From: a virus
Taxonomy: Duplodnaviria; Caudoviricetes
Virus record (IMG/VR): IMGVR_UViG_3300037847_006237
Span: 1-58,778 of that record
DNA length: 58,778 nt
Strand: one strand, 5' to 3'
In this document: positions 8,319 to 17,837 of the stretch, piece by piece
How the letters are laid out: the number at the start of each line of letters is the position of its first letter
Numbering within the stretch: the first letter of the stretch is position 1
Made by a program: the position numbers and the translations under genes
Notes under the pieces: model-generated
Told to the model about the DNA's origin: nothing
Databases searched by the model: none
What the model saw: only the letters and a program-made list of their open reading frames with translations

Positions 8319-10892
8319 ATGCCAAATACGACCTTCACAAACGCAACAGACTACGGTCCAGATGACAGTCTAAGTAGTGCTGTGACCGTTAGCGGTATTA
8401 CTGCTGGAGATGTTACTAATGTAAGACTTGAGATAGACTGGAACCCAAATGGCGGTGACGCATTTTGCGGAAACGATGCGTCTGGTAGCTCTCTTACTGT
8501 TACCGATCCAGACGGCAGCACCATCACTATATTTTCATACGGCGATAAAAGCGGTGCTGGCGCAAGGACAGATACGCACGATATAACTAGTAGTTTTGCG
8601 TCAACGTTTAACGGAAGTTACACGTTTAATCTAGAAGACGAAGACGCAATGGGGTGCAATACAATAGATGAAACAAGGGTTATAGTGACAACCTCGGCTA
8701 GCTCTGGACCGGGTAGTATCGCAGGGCTTGGTGTTGAAGTTCTAACGTTCAGCGGTCCCACTAACAACCCCGCCATTGCAGGTCTTGGGGCAGAGGTTTT
8801 AACTTTCGATGGGCCTAGTAACAACCCAAGCGTTGCGGGCCTTGGGGCAGAGGTTTTAACTTTCGATGGACCTACTAATAATCCAAGCGTAGCGGCTCTT
8901 GGTATCGAGATTTTGGGCGTACCCACGGGCGGTGGAGCTACCGGCGTGGTGACTAAGACAATAGGCACAAATTCTAGAGACTATTCTACCATATCTCTAT
9001 GGGAGGCTGATCTAGATAGCACAAGTGTATATGCAGCAGACGCAGAAGCTGTAGGAGAGTGCTATAATGATTCTACATTTGCTCCATTTACTATTAATGG
9101 AGGCGATTCAATAACGTTAAAAAGTGTAACATTAAAAGCTGCCGCAGGCGAGGTTCATGATGGAACTGCTGGCACAGGCGTTAAAGTTGAAACTACTGCT
9201 AACTGGCAACGGGCTGTATATCTTGGATCTAACGGGTATACCATACCAGTAAAAGTAGAAGGTATTGAAATTGTTCAAGCGCACAACAGCGCCTTTTCTG
9301 GAATAGCTGCTATATTCTCATACGCTCACAATAAAGTTTTTACAAAATGTATAATTCATTCTACCTATGAAGCTGAAACTAACGGGTTTGTTGGATTAAA
9401 TACGGGCCATTGGAAATCTTTTATATCTAATAATGTGATCTACAATGTTAAATATGGCCTAGCAGGAAATAATTATTATACTGGATCGAAGTATGTAAAC
9501 AACACAATAAACTCGAATAACGGTTACGCGCTCTCTACAAGAGAAGCTAACATATCTAAAAATACCATAAAAAACAATTTACTATTCCGTCGAGATGGTC
9601 TTGAGTCACATACAATACAGGGTAGCGTTCCATCTAATGTTGCCAATTGGGACACGAATATGGTTCAAAATGGAACAATGTACGGATCAAATCCGTATAC
9701 AGACGTTTCTATTGATAACATGTTTATATCCATAGTTGTTGGTAGCGAAGATTATCATCTAAGAAGTCAATTCGATTATGAAACCCCTTCTCCTGCTATT
9801 GGCATAGGGCTAAACCTTTCTTCGGAAACCTTTCTTGATTCTGGCGTTGCAACAGGATTTCATTCAGGGTTAGCAACAGAAGATATCGACTCTTTATCTA
9901 GGGGTCAAAACTGGGACATAGGCGCAGACCAAACTCCAACTACAATAACCAAAACTATTGGAACAAGCTCTAGGGACTACTCTACTATATCTTTATGGGA
10001 AGCAGACCTAGATAATACCGACGTTTACTTTTATGAAGATAGAGCAATAGGAGAATGTTATAACGACTCCACCTTTACTGAAACATTTAGTTTAAATAGC
10101 GGATCTACAATAGGCTTATTTTCCGTAAATTTAACCGCTCCTAAATCAGAGCGTCATGACGGAACCGCCGGAAGCGGAGTGACTATTACCCAGCCCGGAA
10201 GCTATCAAAAAATTTCCGTAACTGCCGATGTGCCTGTTTCTTTTGAATATCTAATATTCGATCAAGCAGGAACTTTTGGAGCAACCATGACTATTAATTC
10301 ATCAAGTTACTTATTCCATATGTCTAGATGCATAATTCATTCAGGCAAAAATTGGATGGTTAGAAACTTTTCAACTGCAATTATTGATAATAGTATATTT
10401 TACGATAGCGGTGACAGTGGTGGTCAGGGAGCGTCTATTTTTTCAAGTGGAGGAACGCTGGATTGCATAAATAATACGCTTGTGGATCATATACATGGAA
10501 TAACAAGAGATGCAGGAACTGTTACCGTGGTAAACTCTATAGTTGTTTCTGATCCTGCTAGCGGAAATCTAAGAGATACAGACTTTAGCGGAACAATAAC
10601 GCAAAAATATAACGCTTCTTCTGACTCTAGCGCGTCAGGAACAGGCTCTCTGACATCACAAGCCTTCGACCTAACTATGTTTCAAAGTATTTTAGCGGGA
10701 AGTGAAGATTATCACTTAAATCCTGAGTCTTCTGCTGTTAGGGCGGGCTATAACGCTTTGTCAGATTACGCCTCTTATGCCACAATAGCTACCGATATAG
10801 ACGGAATCACTAGATCTGCTGCGCAGGATTGGGACATGGGAGCAGACCAAACCGGCGCAGGCGGAGGTATGCTGTTACTCGGAGTAGGTTAA
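8319..10892 (+). CDS. Putative tail fibre/virion adhesin: N-terminal P-domain-like module, 19-aa repeats, two tandem beta-helix (pectin-lyase-like) modules
   Basis: N-terminus has VTNVRLEI..SLTVTDPDG..FNGSYTFNLED. The duplicated module TKTIGT.SRDYSTISLWEADLD..GECYNDSTF..HDGTAG..GSEDYHL..WD.GADQ contains Asn ladders (NNVIYN, NNTIN, KNNL). Confidence 0.6.
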   Translation: MPNTTFTNATDYGPDDSLSSAVTVSGITAGDVTNVRLEIDWNPNGGDAFCGNDASGSSLTVTDPDGSTITIFSYGDKSGAGARTDTHDITSSFASTFNGSYTFNLEDEDAMGCNTIDETRVIVTTSASSGPGSIAGLGVEVLTFSGPTNNPAIAGLGAEVLTFDGPSNNPSVAGLGAEVLTFDGPTNNPSVAALGIEILGVPTGGGATGVVTKTIGTNSRDYSTISLWEADLDSTSVYAADAEAVGECYNDSTFAPFTINGGDSITLKSVTLKAAAGEVHDGTAGTGVKVETTANWQRAVYLGSNGYTIPVKVEGIEIVQAHNSAFSGIAAIFSYAHNKVFTKCIIHSTYEAETNGFVGLNTGHWKSFISNNVIYNVKYGLAGNNYYTGSKYVNNTINSNNGYALSTREANISKNTIKNNLLFRRDGLESHTIQGSVPSNVANWDTNMVQNGTMYGSNPYTDVSIDNMFISIVVGSEDYHLRSQFDYETPSPAIGIGLNLSSETFLDSGVATGFHSGLATEDIDSLSRGQNWDIGADQTPTTITKTIGTSSRDYSTISLWEADLDNTDVYFYEDRAIGECYNDSTFTETFSLNSGSTIGLFSVNLTAPKSERHDGTAGSGVTITQPGSYQKISVTADVPVSFEYLIFDQAGTFGATMTINSSSYLFHMSRCIIHSGKNWMVRNFSTAIIDNSIFYDSGDSGGQGASIFSSGGTLDCINNTLVDHIHGITRDAGTVTVVNSIVVSDPASGNLRDTDFSGTITQKYNASSDSSASGTGSLTSQAFDLTMFQSILAGSEDYHLNPESSAVRAGYNALSDYASYATIATDIDGITRSAAQDWDMGADQTGAGGGMLLLGVG
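8715..8918 (+). repeat. 57-bp (19-aa) tandem repeat, about 3.5 copies
   Basis: Unit [SA][IV]AGLG[AV]EVLTF[SD]GP[TS]NNP. The 29-mer CTTGGGGCAGAGGTTTTAACTTTCGATGG is identical at 8784 and 8841. Confidence 0.9.
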
Positions 10893-10912
10893 AGAAAAAC
10901 GAAAGGATAAAA

Positions 10913-11479
10913 ATGAATAAAGACTCAAGCAAAACAAGTTCACATGACTCAGACGCAAGATTAAAGCAGTTAGAAGAATTGCAATCAAAAATGAGCGGAA
11001 GGACAGCAGCAAGTACAACAACATCTTTTCCTAGATATATAAAGCCTTGGAATGGTACACCTTTAGAGTTTGTAAAACTAAATGAAGGCGCAAAAACCCC
11101 TACAAAAGCAAATGAGTCTGATGCTGGCTTTGACCTTTACGCCTCTCATGGTGCTATATTAGAGAAACATACACATAAGCTAATTAAGACAGGTATATCT
11201 ATGGCTATACCTAAAGGGTATGTTGGCTTGATTTGGCCGCGATCAGGTATGGCTTACAAGTATGGTATAGATGTTTTTGCTGGCGTGATTGACAGTGGAT
11301 ACAGGGGGGACATTGGTGTTATACTTTACAATTCTCAATATAGTAATTACAATGTAGAAAAGGGCGACAGAATTGCTCAACTCGTATTGCAAAAAGTAGA
11401 AAACTTTGAACTTTTAGAAGTGTCTAATCTAAACGAGGCAGACAGGCAAGAAAACGGTTTTGGAAGTACAGGTAAATAG
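10913..11479 (+). CDS. dut: Trimeric dUTPase with an N-terminal extension
   Basis: Motifs AGFDL, PRSG, GVIDSGYRG, GDRIAQ and R..GFGSTG. Start at ATG 10913 after AAGGA. Confidence 0.95.
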   Translation: MNKDSSKTSSHDSDARLKQLEELQSKMSGRTAASTTTSFPRYIKPWNGTPLEFVKLNEGAKTPTKANESDAGFDLYASHGAILEKHTHKLIKTGISMAIPKGYVGLIWPRSGMAYKYGIDVFAGVIDSGYRGDIGVILYNSQYSNYNVEKGDRIAQLVLQKVENFELLEVSNLNEADRQENGFGSTGK

Positions 11480-13411
11480 ATGACAGCTAATACACCATAT
11501 AATACCAATACTCAAGGTATACCTTTTAATGCTCCAAGTCACAGAGTAGCGTCTTACTGCCAAGCTGTTTTTGTATGGGAAAGAAACACAGAAGAAGAAC
11601 TTAGCTACCCTTATGACCCAACTGAAAATTCATTGTTTTTAAAAGGGGTGCAGGCAGTTGGAACTTCTTCTAGCTTAAATCCAAGTTCGTTGTCTGATAC
11701 TGGAAGATTCCAAAAACAGGCAGTTAGATATGGAGAAACAGAATACGAGATAACCATTGAAAGGGTTCTTGGATTTGAATCAGAGATGTTTTATCGTGTT
11801 TACGGGAATAATGACCCAACCGAATATCCCGCTCAGTACGCTGATGACTACAAAGAAAATCACCTTTTAAATAAAAAAAATATGGGAAGTAGAGGGTATC
11901 CTGTAAAGGACGGGTCTGACTATCTTTCGTTAAGAAATTATGATATAACAATACTATATACGCCTGATAGGTTTCCTAGAGTAGGCAACGCTGTAAACAG
12001 ACCAACGTTTGATAGTAATGAGCCAGAATTGTATCTTTCTGAGGCTTCTGATAATTTAAACACTGGCGATACGCCTACAATTATATCTAGTCCATTTAGG
12101 ACGCAGGATTTTCAACCTACAGAAACTACAAAGAGTAAAGCCGAACTAGAAATTAATCCGGTTCCAGACACTAAACCTATAACCGGCGGGTTTGTTGAAG
12201 ATGGTGGGATAGATCCGCTAGCTGGCTCAGGAGGCTCGGTAGAAGACAATGATAGATACGATGTAATATCTATGACTTATAGAAACTGCCTCATATCCTC
12301 CATTAGCTACGATATTGGCATAGACGGCATAACAGAGTCTATTATTTTGACATCTAAGAATTTAGTTCACAACATTAATAATTCTGCGGGAGGAAGAGAT
12401 CCAAAAGATATTAGATACTATAATCTTCCAAACAAAGAGTTCTTTTCGGTTCAAGCAAACTATAGATATCCAGATAATCCTGTTTATCTATGGAAAAAGA
12501 TAGAAGACGACCCACTTTCTGCAAATTTTGGAAAGGTTACTACTACTCAATATTCGGAAACAAACCCAGAAGAGGGAGACGCAGTTGAATCACTCAACTG
12601 GTACAGAGTCAAGGCCAAGTCTCAAGAAGGGATGTCTGTGCGTAGGCATCATATAGATATACTAAGAGATTCGTATGGGCCTTCTAGCCTGCCAACAGAA
12701 GTAAGCAATCTATTCGATCTAGAAGTTACTTACGAAGCTGAAATAGGAACAGAATATACAAACAGAACAGAAAATGGTCAAATAACCTCGCCTGATGTCA
12801 CTAGAAGAAGAAAAAATCTAGCTATAACATCTATAAACATAGAACTATCTTTTAATTATGAAGAACTACCGAATATTGGCAAAAGAGCCGGTAGCATTAG
12901 AGAAAAAGAGCATGAAGTAAACAGATTCAAATACTTGTCCCTACCTGTAGAGGTTACATGCTCGTTTGAAGGAATTACGAGACAGGGGTTGCCTTACTGG
13001 AACTTCCTGCACGAATATAGCAATCTTTCCGATCCGAATCAGGCAGATTTTGACTCTATTAGAAACGTAGATAATATTTACACAAAGGCAGCGGGCATAA
13101 AAAAATACAACGACGCTGACATGAATCATTTGACTGATTGGATGCAGCCAGACAGAGAAATAAAATTAGTAGCTAGAGCTATATATGATTCACAAGAGAA
13201 GTTTTTTCTTTGGGATTTGGGAAAACGTAATTATCTTGTTGACATATCTACTTCTGGCGGAGACACATCTGGTGGAGAAGTAACAACCACACTAACCTAT
13301 ACTAATTCTTATAGCGATGCAGTATTAACCAAAGGAGACTATAACGAAAGCGGCGCTGGAGTAGTGATAGTTCCGTACGATATAGACTATCCAAGTGACG
13401 AACCCTTATAA
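11480..13411 (+). CDS. Putative tail-tube-like structural protein
   Basis: Acidic and beta-rich (KGVQAVG, YEITIERV, ISSISYDIG, EVTCSFEG, STSGGDTSGG.VTTTLTY). Function is an inference. Confidence 0.35.
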   Translation: MTANTPYNTNTQGIPFNAPSHRVASYCQAVFVWERNTEEELSYPYDPTENSLFLKGVQAVGTSSSLNPSSLSDTGRFQKQAVRYGETEYEITIERVLGFESEMFYRVYGNNDPTEYPAQYADDYKENHLLNKKNMGSRGYPVKDGSDYLSLRNYDITILYTPDRFPRVGNAVNRPTFDSNEPELYLSEASDNLNTGDTPTIISSPFRTQDFQPTETTKSKAELEINPVPDTKPITGGFVEDGGIDPLAGSGGSVEDNDRYDVISMTYRNCLISSISYDIGIDGITESIILTSKNLVHNINNSAGGRDPKDIRYYNLPNKEFFSVQANYRYPDNPVYLWKKIEDDPLSANFGKVTTTQYSETNPEEGDAVESLNWYRVKAKSQEGMSVRRHHIDILRDSYGPSSLPTEVSNLFDLEVTYEAEIGTEYTNRTENGQITSPDVTRRRKNLAITSINIELSFNYEELPNIGKRAGSIREKEHEVNRFKYLSLPVEVTCSFEGITRQGLPYWNFLHEYSNLSDPNQADFDSIRNVDNIYTKAAGIKKYNDADMNHLTDWMQPDREIKLVARAIYDSQEKFFLWDLGKRNYLVDISTSGGDTSGGEVTTTLTYTNSYSDAVLTKGDYNESGAGVVIVPYDIDYPSDEPL

Positions 13412-13420
13412 AGGCAAAAT

Positions 13421-14095
13421 ATGCGAAAAAAATCCCACAGCCAAAACAGGTCTAAAAAGAATTCGCCTGAGAAGGTAAAAATAGTACAAGGAAAAACAGA
13501 AAATCAAGACAGCTACATACGAGCGATTATAGAAAATGACGTTATTTTCTGTACGGGGCCAAGCGGGTCTGGTAAATCTTTTATACCATCTGGGATAGCG
13601 GCCCAAAAACTACACAGCGGTCAAACAGAAAATGTAATCGTTACAAGACCGCTTGTATGCTCTGGAAAAGAAATAGGATCTTTACCGGGAGAGTTAAACG
13701 AAAAAATAGCTCCTTATTTATTACCCATGAAAGAAAATATAAAGTTCTTTTTGGGACGGGCGTACTACGGACAGTATGAAAACGAAAACAGGATAAAGTA
13801 TTTACCTTTAGAGGTAATGAGAGGTAGTACCTTTAACGATTCATACATGATACTAGACGAAGCACAAAATTGTAGCATGGACCAAATAAAGATGTTTATA
13901 ACAAGAATGGGTAAAAATTCTAAGGTAATAATCAACGGAGACGTGAGACAAACAGACATACGCTCAGTAAGCGGTCTGTATGAGTGTATAGATAGGCTGA
14001 AAGACGTAGAGGGAGTTGCTGTTTGCAGTCTAACTAATCAAGATATACAGAGAAATGGAATTATTGGAAGAATTTTAAATGCTTTAGAAAATTAG
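13421..14095 (+). CDS. phoH: PhoH-family ATPase
   Basis: GPSGSGKS (Walker A), VTRP, GSLPG..EK..PY, MRGSTF, ILDEAQN, TRMG..SK..GD..Q.D. Confidence 0.95.
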   Translation: MRKKSHSQNRSKKNSPEKVKIVQGKTENQDSYIRAIIENDVIFCTGPSGSGKSFIPSGIAAQKLHSGQTENVIVTRPLVCSGKEIGSLPGELNEKIAPYLLPMKENIKFFLGRAYYGQYENENRIKYLPLEVMRGSTFNDSYMILDEAQNCSMDQIKMFITRMGKNSKVIINGDVRQTDIRSVSGLYECIDRLKDVEGVAVCSLTNQDIQRNGIIGRILNALEN

Positions 14096-14117
14096 TGTGA
14101 TTTTTTAAGCTTGTGGA

Positions 14118-14149
14118 TATAATAGAGGGCGGCTAGGTAGCCGCCTTCT
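14118..14149 (+). promoter_or_regulatory. TATAAT box followed by a GC-rich hairpin (phoH terminator and/or operator of the replication operon)
   Basis: TATAAT at 14118-14123; stem AGAGGGCGGCT-aggt-AGCCGCCTTCT (14124-14149); GGAGG RBS at ~14160. Confidence 0.5.
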
Positions 14150-14169
14150 TGACTTAAACGGAGGAAAAA

Positions 14170-14511
14170 ATGCCGACATACGATTTTGAATGTGAACCTT
14201 GCGCTTATTATACTGAAATTGTACAGGGTCCATCAGAGCCAAGCACCCTTATCTGCCCGCTTTGCCAAGAAAAAAACTTAAAAAAGGTTTTTATCAACGC
14301 TCCACACGTTTCTGTTAGAGGCGAGGTAAAGACAATGGGTCAGCAGGCAGACAAGAATACAAGGAACATGGGTAGATACGAACTAGAAGATAAAAACAGA
14401 GCAAACAATATGGATGTGCATAAGAAACATAAAGAGGTTTCTGCCAAAAGAAGAAAGATAAACAAAATGACCCCACAACAAAAAATTAAATGGATTAGGG
14501 ATGGTGACTGA
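14170..14511 (+). CDS. FmdB-family zinc-ribbon protein
   Basis: MPTYDFECEPC...CPLC...LKKV is the FmdB signature. Confidence 0.8.
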   Translation: MPTYDFECEPCAYYTEIVQGPSEPSTLICPLCQEKNLKKVFINAPHVSVRGEVKTMGQQADKNTRNMGRYELEDKNRANNMDVHKKHKEVSAKRRKINKMTPQQKIKWIRDGD

Positions 14512-14756
14512 TGCCTTTTATAGATGAAATACCAAACGGTCTTCCTAGGTCTGAACAACCTCATCACGCAACCGTGACCATGAAGATCGACATTAGAAAA
14601 ATGCTAGATAACGGAAATTTAGATAGCTGCGTACTAGGAAACGAAGCTTTAGAAAAGTATGGAATATCTAACAAGCTGCAAATCTGTGTTTCTGGAGTGA
14701 CAGAAGCGGCCTGCATTAGGAACTTAATAACAATGCTGGAGAAAATGAATGGATAA
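14511..14756 (+). CDS. Hypothetical protein
   Basis: 81-aa ORF, TGATG coupled to the upstream gene. Confidence 0.55.
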   Translation: MPFIDEIPNGLPRSEQPHHATVTMKIDIRKMLDNGNLDSCVLGNEALEKYGISNKLQICVSGVTEAACIRNLITMLEKMNG

Positions 14757-15084
14757 ATTTGATAATTCAGAACCAAAAGAAATGGTCAGAAATTTTTATG
14801 ACATCAATGGTAAGAGTTTAGTAGAAAAAGATCAAGAAAACTATGTTGCTAAAATGACGTTTGATAAAGCTAGGGGAGAGAAAACAGCATTTTACTTTAT
14901 AAAAACATATAGAGGTCAGCTATTAGATCCTCATGCTAATGATAAAAATATTTCTCAAATGAAACGAAGAACTTTTGTAGAAAAAAGAGTCAACGCTAAG
15001 TGCTTTGATAACTATGTTAAGTATCTACAAACAAAAAACAGAACCTACTTTACTAGATCTCGACGACTATCTATGGAGAATTAA
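14749..15084 (+). CDS. Hypothetical protein
   Basis: 111-aa ORF with GGAG RBS, in operon. Confidence 0.6.
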   Translation: MDKFDNSEPKEMVRNFYDINGKSLVEKDQENYVAKMTFDKARGEKTAFYFIKTYRGQLLDPHANDKNISQMKRRTFVEKRVNAKCFDNYVKYLQTKNRTYFTRSRRLSMEN

Positions 15085-15426
15085 ATGAAAAAGGGTCCAC
15101 TTTCTAAAAAAGAAAAAGCTTATATTACTGCAAACTACCTAGACACTACGCCCACAGTCATGGCGGGAGACATGGATAGATCGGTACATGTAGTAGATAA
15201 ATTTGTTTCTACTTTAAGCTTTGAAAAAAACACAGAAGAAAAAGCTTCTACCGTTGAGCCTTCGGAAAAAGTAGGTAGTACATCTAGTTTGTTCGCAAGG
15301 AATAAAAAGCAAGGCGTTACCGTGATGACAGAAGCAGCGTCTGCAAAAAGTGACCAAGCCAGAACTTTCAACAGGACTCCTCCCAAAAGACAAAGAGGAA
15401 TGATTCATACAATAAAAAAGGATTGA
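15085..15426 (+). CDS. Hypothetical protein, possible N-terminal HTH
   Basis: LSKKEKAYI...MAGDMDRS..VV resembles an HTH; GGAG RBS. Confidence 0.5.
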   Translation: MKKGPLSKKEKAYITANYLDTTPTVMAGDMDRSVHVVDKFVSTLSFEKNTEEKASTVEPSEKVGSTSSLFARNKKQGVTVMTEAASAKSDQARTFNRTPPKRQRGMIHTIKKD

Positions 15427-15427
15427 C

Positions 15428-15943
15428 ATGATTTGTACGCATAGAGATCAGTACATGAAAATGCTAACTAGATCAGAAATGATGATCAGTTGGAAGATAA
15501 AGTTGTCAGATGGTACTGATGTTTACGGTGATTATGATAGACCCGACACAAAAAATCCTTGGATAAGGCTGTCAGAACACTGCAAAGACAATGATCTTCT
15601 TATAACAAGAGTAGAGTTACACATGTTTGGAACTCCCAAGCTAGTGTTTTTTGAAGACGAGAACGGTCTTGATGGTATTTCTATCATGAGGGGCATAGCA
15701 AAAGAACAATCTATGACAGGAGACCATTCCGAATCTTTTCAAACTTTGACAGTCTCTCTATTGAGGGACTGCTGCTCTTGGGTAGATGTGAAAAAATACA
15801 CATGGCCCATAAACGAGCTTGAAGAATTTAATCAAGTTAGAGCAGTAACTAAACAAAACTTAGAATACATGATTTTCAAAAATGGATCAGAAAAACTCAA
15901 AAACCCAAAAGTACAAGAGCTTATCCACGGGACAGCCTTGTAA
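15428..15943 (+). CDS. Hypothetical protein
   Basis: 171-aa ORF, in operon. Confidence 0.6.
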   Translation: MICTHRDQYMKMLTRSEMMISWKIKLSDGTDVYGDYDRPDTKNPWIRLSEHCKDNDLLITRVELHMFGTPKLVFFEDENGLDGISIMRGIAKEQSMTGDHSESFQTLTVSLLRDCCSWVDVKKYTWPINELEEFNQVRAVTKQNLEYMIFKNGSEKLKNPKVQELIHGTAL

Positions 15944-16376
15944 TGCTGCACAATACTGTGCAGAACTTGTTTGTTTAAGAAAGAGAGAAAGAGAGAATAA
16001 GGGCAGTTTAGAATTTAAGTTTTGGAACAAGTCTCAAAAAGAACAGTATCAAACCAATATAAGGGTTGCAAATATACTTATCAAAAAGTATAATGAAAAG
16101 GCTCTGGTTAGATACCTTAATAGTCCTAGCGGAAAAAATATCTATTCGCTAGGATTTTTACATAAGTCTAAGAAATTTGTTTTGGCCTTGAATTTTGTAG
16201 ACGAAGGTGTGGCGAAGTGTTTTGAAATATTGAACTCTCAAAGCAACAAACCAGAACCAAAGCAAGAAGAACCTAAAAAAGAGTTAGTGTTTAAGCATAA
16301 GAAAATCAAGGCTAAAAAGAATTCTTTATTTTCAAAACTAAGGAAGATAGATGGCAAAAACAATAAAAAAAGATAG
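15882..16376 (+). CDS. Hypothetical basic protein upstream of recA
   Basis: 164-aa Lys-rich ORF overlapping both neighbours. Confidence 0.55.
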   Translation: MDQKNSKTQKYKSLSTGQPCNAAQYCAELVCLRKRERENKGSLEFKFWNKSQKEQYQTNIRVANILIKKYNEKALVRYLNSPSGKNIYSLGFLHKSKKFVLALNFVDEGVAKCFEILNSQSNKPEPKQEEPKKELVFKHKKIKAKKNSLFSKLRKIDGKNNKKR

Positions 16377-17445
16377 CATTCCTGAGTATCTAAAAAAAGA
16401 TGCTAAAGGGTATGGGAAGATTATTAAGACCGGAACCGAGGTATTAAAAGAAAAAAGCGGGTATGAGGTGATACCAGTCAGTCCCGCCATTGATATTGCG
16501 TTAGGAGGCGGCATCAAAGAAGGTAGTTGGGTAACACTAACCGGAGATCCAAAATCTGGTAAAACAACCACCGCGATGCAGATAGCCTGCAACTGCCAAG
16601 AAATGGGTAGGAATGTAATCTATATTGATGCAGAAGGTAGATTCAAAGATATGAATTTTCAGGTGGATGGTCTAGACCCTGAAAAGATGTCTATCATGGC
16701 CCCAGAAGATAAGCCAATCCCTGCTGAAAAGTTTTTGGAGTGGGGCTATTTAATGATGAGCCATCCAGATAATCATGGCGCAGTTCTTATTATTGATTCT
16801 ATCTCTTCTCTCATCCCAGAAAAAGAATTAGACAACGATTTTAGTCCCGGTCGTGCTGGACTTCCTAAAATACTTAGTATTTTTACAAAGAAGATGGGAC
16901 AGCTACTTCCTAGACAACGAGGACTAATGATTGCGATTACTCATTACATCGCCAATACTTCTGGTTTTGGTAAAGCTAAAATGGCAGACGGAGGAAACAA
17001 GATTCAGTATCAAGCTGATACAAGAATGGAGATAAGAAACGGTGGAAAAGATTCTCCAGCTATAAAATATTGGGACGATGAAAACGGAAAGAGGATAGGT
17101 CAACAAATTAATTGGGGTATCATATGCTCATCTATGGGACCACCGGGAGGCAATGTTCAAAGTTATATCAGGTATGGTCGAGGTATTGATAAAACTCAAG
17201 AGATCATAGAACTGGCCCTAGACTTAGGTTTTATCGACAAGGCTGGCGCTTGGATTTCTTGTCCGTTTTTATTGATGAATAAAGATATAGTTAAAAAGAT
17301 AAATCCAGACGTTGACATAGAAGACGATGAAGCTATAATAAAAGCTTTTAAGTTTCAAGGGCAATCAAAGTTGTACAACTTTATTTCTGACCATCCAGAA
17401 CTAATAACCATTCTGAAAAACATGATATTGGAATCTTTGTCTTGA
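16351..17445 (+). CDS. recA: RecA/UvsX-like recombinase
   Basis: SPAIDIALGGG, GDPKSGKTT (Walker A), YIDAE, LIIDSISSL (Walker B), GGN...YQAD.R, G.I.KAGAW. Confidence 0.92.
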   Translation: MAKTIKKDSIPEYLKKDAKGYGKIIKTGTEVLKEKSGYEVIPVSPAIDIALGGGIKEGSWVTLTGDPKSGKTTTAMQIACNCQEMGRNVIYIDAEGRFKDMNFQVDGLDPEKMSIMAPEDKPIPAEKFLEWGYLMMSHPDNHGAVLIIDSISSLIPEKELDNDFSPGRAGLPKILSIFTKKMGQLLPRQRGLMIAITHYIANTSGFGKAKMADGGNKIQYQADTRMEIRNGGKDSPAIKYWDDENGKRIGQQINWGIICSSMGPPGGNVQSYIRYGRGIDKTQEIIELALDLGFIDKAGAWISCPFLLMNKDIVKKINPDVDIEDDEAIIKAFKFQGQSKLYNFISDHPELITILKNMILESLS

Positions 17446-17837
17446 TAGTTTTTGGATTAGACGGGAAAGAGCATAAATGGAACCCTAAGTCTGGGGGAGG
17501 GCAAAGGTCTAAGCTGCACAAAAAAGCAAAGCAGCTACTAGACGAGTTGTTCCCTCATGACAGGGTTCTAGAGGAAGTATCTCTGCCCGGAACTAGGACT
17601 GGGAAAAACTCTATACTTAGAGCAGATTTATTTGTTCCAAACCGAAACCTAATAGTAGAAGTTCATGGACAACAACACTTTAAGTTTAACAAGTTTCATT
17701 TTAAAGACAAACTCTCGTTTTTTAGGGCGCAGGCCAGAGACAGGAAAAAGTCCGAATGGTGTGAAGTCAACGAGATAAGATTTATAGAATTTAACTACAA
17801 CGAGGATATAGATGAGTGGCGAAGAAAAATTGAATGA
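17442..17837 (+). CDS. PD-(D/E)xK endonuclease (DUF559/Vsr-like)
   Basis: LRADLF...IVEVHGQQH...RDRKK.EWC..N.I. Confidence 0.75.
   Translation: MIVFGLDGKEHKWNPKSGGGQRSKLHKKAKQLLDELFPHDRVLEEVSLPGTRTGKNSILRADLFVPNRNLIVEVHGQQHFKFNKFHFKDKLSFFRAQARDRKKSEWCEVNEIRFIEFNYNEDIDEWRRKIE

Noticed and set aside
8715-8918. CRISPR array
   Set aside because: The repeats are in-frame 57-bp coding units with no unique spacers. No array was seen elsewhere, including near the Cas4-like gene.
8950-10090. Diversity-generating retroelement TR/VR pair
   Set aside because: Differences between the duplicated segments are mostly synonymous third-position changes, not adenine-specific, and no reverse transcriptase is present in the window.
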